Shown here piece by piece: positions 61,968 to 64,000 of a DNA stretch of 64,000 nucleotides; the stretch's first letter is position 1; each line of letters begins with the position of its first letter. A program made the translations under genes and the position numbers. A model generated the notes under the pieces. It was not told where the DNA came from, ran no database searches, and worked only from the letters and a program-made list of their open reading frames with translations. This DNA comes from a virus. The stretch covers positions 1 through 64,000 of IMG/VR virus record IMGVR_UViG_3300050821_016057; one strand, 5' to 3'.

Positions 61968-62635
61968 GGGACAGCTCGCTGGGCAAGCTGGTCAGGCTCT
62001 CGGAGAAGGAGGACCGGGACGCCGAGGACCTGGCGTTCGACCCGACCGTCAAGCGGCTCTGCGACCGGGACGGGTGCCAGAACGACGGCGAGCTGCGCCC
62101 CGTGCTGCTGCTCCAGCCGGGCCGCGACTACACGGGCAAGCCGATGAGGGTGCCGCTCGGCATCGTGGTGTGCCCCACCCACGCGGAGCGGTCGCCCGAC
62201 CGCTACATGAGCGACGAGATGTGGCAGGACATCGTCGGCGGGTTCAAGGCGCGGGACCTCGCCCCCCCGCACCGGTCGAGCACCCGGCTGGACTTCGACC
62301 CGCACCCCGGGTCGGTGGTGGCGGCGTCGGAGGGGGAGCGCTCGCCCGAGCGACTGGCCATGGAGGCGACGGTCGACTACGTGGCCGGGGACGCGACGGT
62401 GTCGAACGCGCCGGCCGGGCTGACCCTGGAGGAGCGGAGGGTCGAGGTGCGCAGGCTGGGGCTCCAGCAGGCGGTGGAGAAGATGCGGCGGGTGATGCCC
62501 CGGGGCGGGTTCACGGTCGTGGACACGACGACCGACCAGGAGATCGACCAGGGGAAGTTCAAGTGCCGGGTCCAGTCGGAGACGGTGGGCGGGCCGGGCG
62601 TGATCGTCCCGGTGGCCCGCGGCAAGACCGACTGA
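61964..62635 (+). CDS. Hypothetical protein with CxxxxC...CxxH zinc site
   Basis: GTGA coupling; CDRDGC...CPTH. Confidence 0.6.
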   Translation: MRDSSLGKLVRLSEKEDRDAEDLAFDPTVKRLCDRDGCQNDGELRPVLLLQPGRDYTGKPMRVPLGIVVCPTHAERSPDRYMSDEMWQDIVGGFKARDLAPPHRSSTRLDFDPHPGSVVAASEGERSPERLAMEATVDYVAGDATVSNAPAGLTLEERRVEVRRLGLQQAVEKMRRVMPRGGFTVVDTTTDQEIDQGKFKCRVQSETVGGPGVIVPVARGKTD

Positions 62636-62659
62636 CGGGCCTGTGGTAGCTTCCCGGGC

Positions 62660-63055
62660 ATGGCGCGAGTCTGCCCTGCTAGCCGAACCGTCCCGGGCGA
62701 GTGCTGGTGCGCCAGGCACCGGAGCGGGGACGCGGTCGAGGACCGCCACCGGCAGCAGGTCGGGGAGGCCCGTTGGGAGTTCAAGGGCGGGGAGGCGCTC
62801 CACGTGTTCGTATCGTCCAAGCAGGGCGGGGAGGTCAGCCTGTGCAACCTCCGGCAGGCCGCGCCCGAGGAGGCGGCCCTGCGCCGCCGGCAGGGGCACC
62901 CGGACCCGACCGACCGCTGCCTGCAGTGCCGCCGGACCCTGACCAGCCGGGTGCCCAACGCCCGGATGCGCCGGTACCTGGCGGAGGCGGCCAGCCGCCC
63001 CCAGGAGCGGTCGGGGGTGAGGATGAGGACGATCGGGCGGTCGGGGGTCGGCTAG
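62660..63055 (+). CDS. Hypothetical Cys-containing protein
   Basis: TGGTAGCTT 7 nt before ATG. Confidence 0.55.
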   Translation: MARVCPASRTVPGECWCARHRSGDAVEDRHRQQVGEARWEFKGGEALHVFVSSKQGGEVSLCNLRQAAPEEAALRRRQGHPDPTDRCLQCRRTLTSRVPNARMRRYLAEAASRPQERSGVRMRTIGRSGVG

Positions 63056-63077
63056 CCCTTCCTGGGGTGACGTCGCG

Positions 63078-63087
63078 GCGGCATAAG
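63078..63087 (+). promoter_or_regulatory. Class II motif GCGGCATAAG, leaderless
   Basis: 7 nt before ATG 63095. Confidence 0.65.
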
Positions 63088-63094
63088 GGGTCCC

Positions 63095-63373
63095 ATGGGA
63101 AGGCGAGAGAGGAGGCAGGCGACCGCGCTGGCCCGGAAGCACCCGGACCGGTTCGAGGCCCGGCAGTTCCGGTCGACGTGCTGGGCGTGCGGGCGGTTCA
63201 GGACCTTGTTCGCGGAGGGCGGGCAGATCCGGCTCAGGAACGACTGCGCGTGCCTGCCCGAGGGGGGGCGGGACGGGACCTGCCCGACGTGCGACGTCGT
63301 GGGGGGCCACGCGCACCTCTGCCCCAAGGTGGCCAAACCCAAGGGAGACGCAGGTGGACCTTCGGGAGGGTGA
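63095..63373 (+). CDS. Small zinc-finger protein
   Basis: CWAC, CAC, CPTC...H...CP. Confidence 0.6.
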   Translation: MGRRERRQATALARKHPDRFEARQFRSTCWACGRFRTLFAEGGQIRLRNDCACLPEGGRDGTCPTCDVVGGHAHLCPKVAKPKGDAGGPSGG

Positions 63374-63376
63374 GGA

Positions 63377-63394
63377 CCCAAACCCGGGTTTGGG
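63377..63394. repeat. 18-bp palindrome copy 17
   Basis: Exact; extends GGA..TCC; 3 nt after stop. Confidence 0.97.
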
Positions 63395-63403
63395 TCCCGG
63401 GTG

Positions 63404-63413
63404 GCGGCATAAT
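63404..63413 (+). promoter_or_regulatory. Class II motif variant GCGGCATAAT
   Basis: Upstream of helicase gene. Confidence 0.55.
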
Positions 63414-63446
63414 GTGGGCGGGGCTGAGGCCCCGGAGGAGACCGAG

Positions 63447-64000
63447 ATGGGCGAATACGTGCCGAACGAGGAGCAGCAGGCGGTCCACGACGACGTGGAG
63501 TCGGGCGAGGGCAACACGGTGGTGAGCGCGCGGGCCGGGGTGGGCAAGACCGCCACGATCAAGAGCGCGCTCCACCTGGTGGACACCGACCGGGAGTCGA
63601 CCATCCTGGTGGCGTTTAGCTCGGACATACAAGTGGCGCTCTCGAGGGGACTGCCGCCGAAGGTGGAGTGCCGGACCCTGCACTCACTCGGGCTGGGCGC
63701 CTGCTACAAGGCGTTCGGGGGCTCGTTCAAGGGGGTGGACAAGGAGCGGGGGCTTCGGATCGCCCGGGAGGTGAGCGGGGCCGACCAGAGCCAGCGGGGG
63801 CGCGACTACGCGTGGTCGCTCAAGGAGGTGGTGTCGAGGTGCAAGGCCACCCTGTCCCGGACGCCCGGCGACGTGGACGACGTGATCCGGCTGATGCTGC
63901 CCGACCACCCCGAGGACCCGTCCTGGGTGATGCAGTGCGCGACGTGCGACCGGCAGGAGCCGATGGTCAACGACGCGTACGCGCCGACGCCGGGTAGGGA
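63447..64000 (+). CDS. UvrD/REP-like SF1 helicase, 3'-truncated
   Basis: GGAGGAG RBS; NEEQQA...VSARAGVGKT...LVAF...CRTLHSLG read from sequence. Confidence 0.85.
   Translation, partial: MGEYVPNEEQQAVHDDVESGEGNTVVSARAGVGKTATIKSALHLVDTDRESTILVAFSSDIQVALSRGLPPKVECRTLHSLGLGACYKAFGGSFKGVDKERGLRIAREVSGADQSQRGRDYAWSLKEVVSRCKATLSRTPGDVDDVIRLMLPDHPEDPSWVMQCATCDRQEPMVNDAYAPTPGR

Noticed and set aside
4301-63394. Palindromes as a CRISPR array, MITE ends or intrinsic terminators
   Set aside because: Copies are kilobases apart, with no spacers, cas genes, target duplications or U-tracts

Overview
The window is 64 kb of a very GC-rich tailed phage with a contractile tail, almost entirely coded on the + strand. 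Left half (about 1-33.4 kb) is the virion module: portal, MuF-like head protein, scaffold, major capsid, neck, sheath, tube, frameshifted tail chaperone, tape measure, baseplate, fibre and a holin-like gene, with a few minus-strand inserts. An AT-rich, G-run-rich junction at about 33.5 kb is a candidate origin. Right half is a T4-style replication/recombination suite (SF2 helicase, DnaB, primase, PolB, gp32-like SSB, RecA, SbcCD, RuvC), plus a sigma-like factor, C5 methyltransferase, ParB-domain protein, UDG-like protein, dNTP diphosphohydrolase and a truncated UvrD-like helicase. No terminase, integrase, rRNA or CRISPR array was seen. The most unusual signals are: (1) 17 invariant copies of the perfect palindrome CCCAAACCCGGGTTTGGG spread along the whole window; (2) a peptide tag AWCE(M/V)GPGERWN conserved at protein level on two unrelated proteins, one of which appears to mask an SSB acidic tail; (3) other shared short peptide motifs (RKRSE, LP(Y/F)KNLR, SxLxMWAxR); (4) two promoter classes, often leaderless (TGnTAGGCT and GCGGCATAAG); (5) several structured RNAs, including a non-canonical tRNA-like element and an anti-SD switch; (6) a PolB carrying a clamp-binding motif and a DnaE-like C-terminal domain. 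All product calls come from motif recognition and gene order by eye; no database searches were run.
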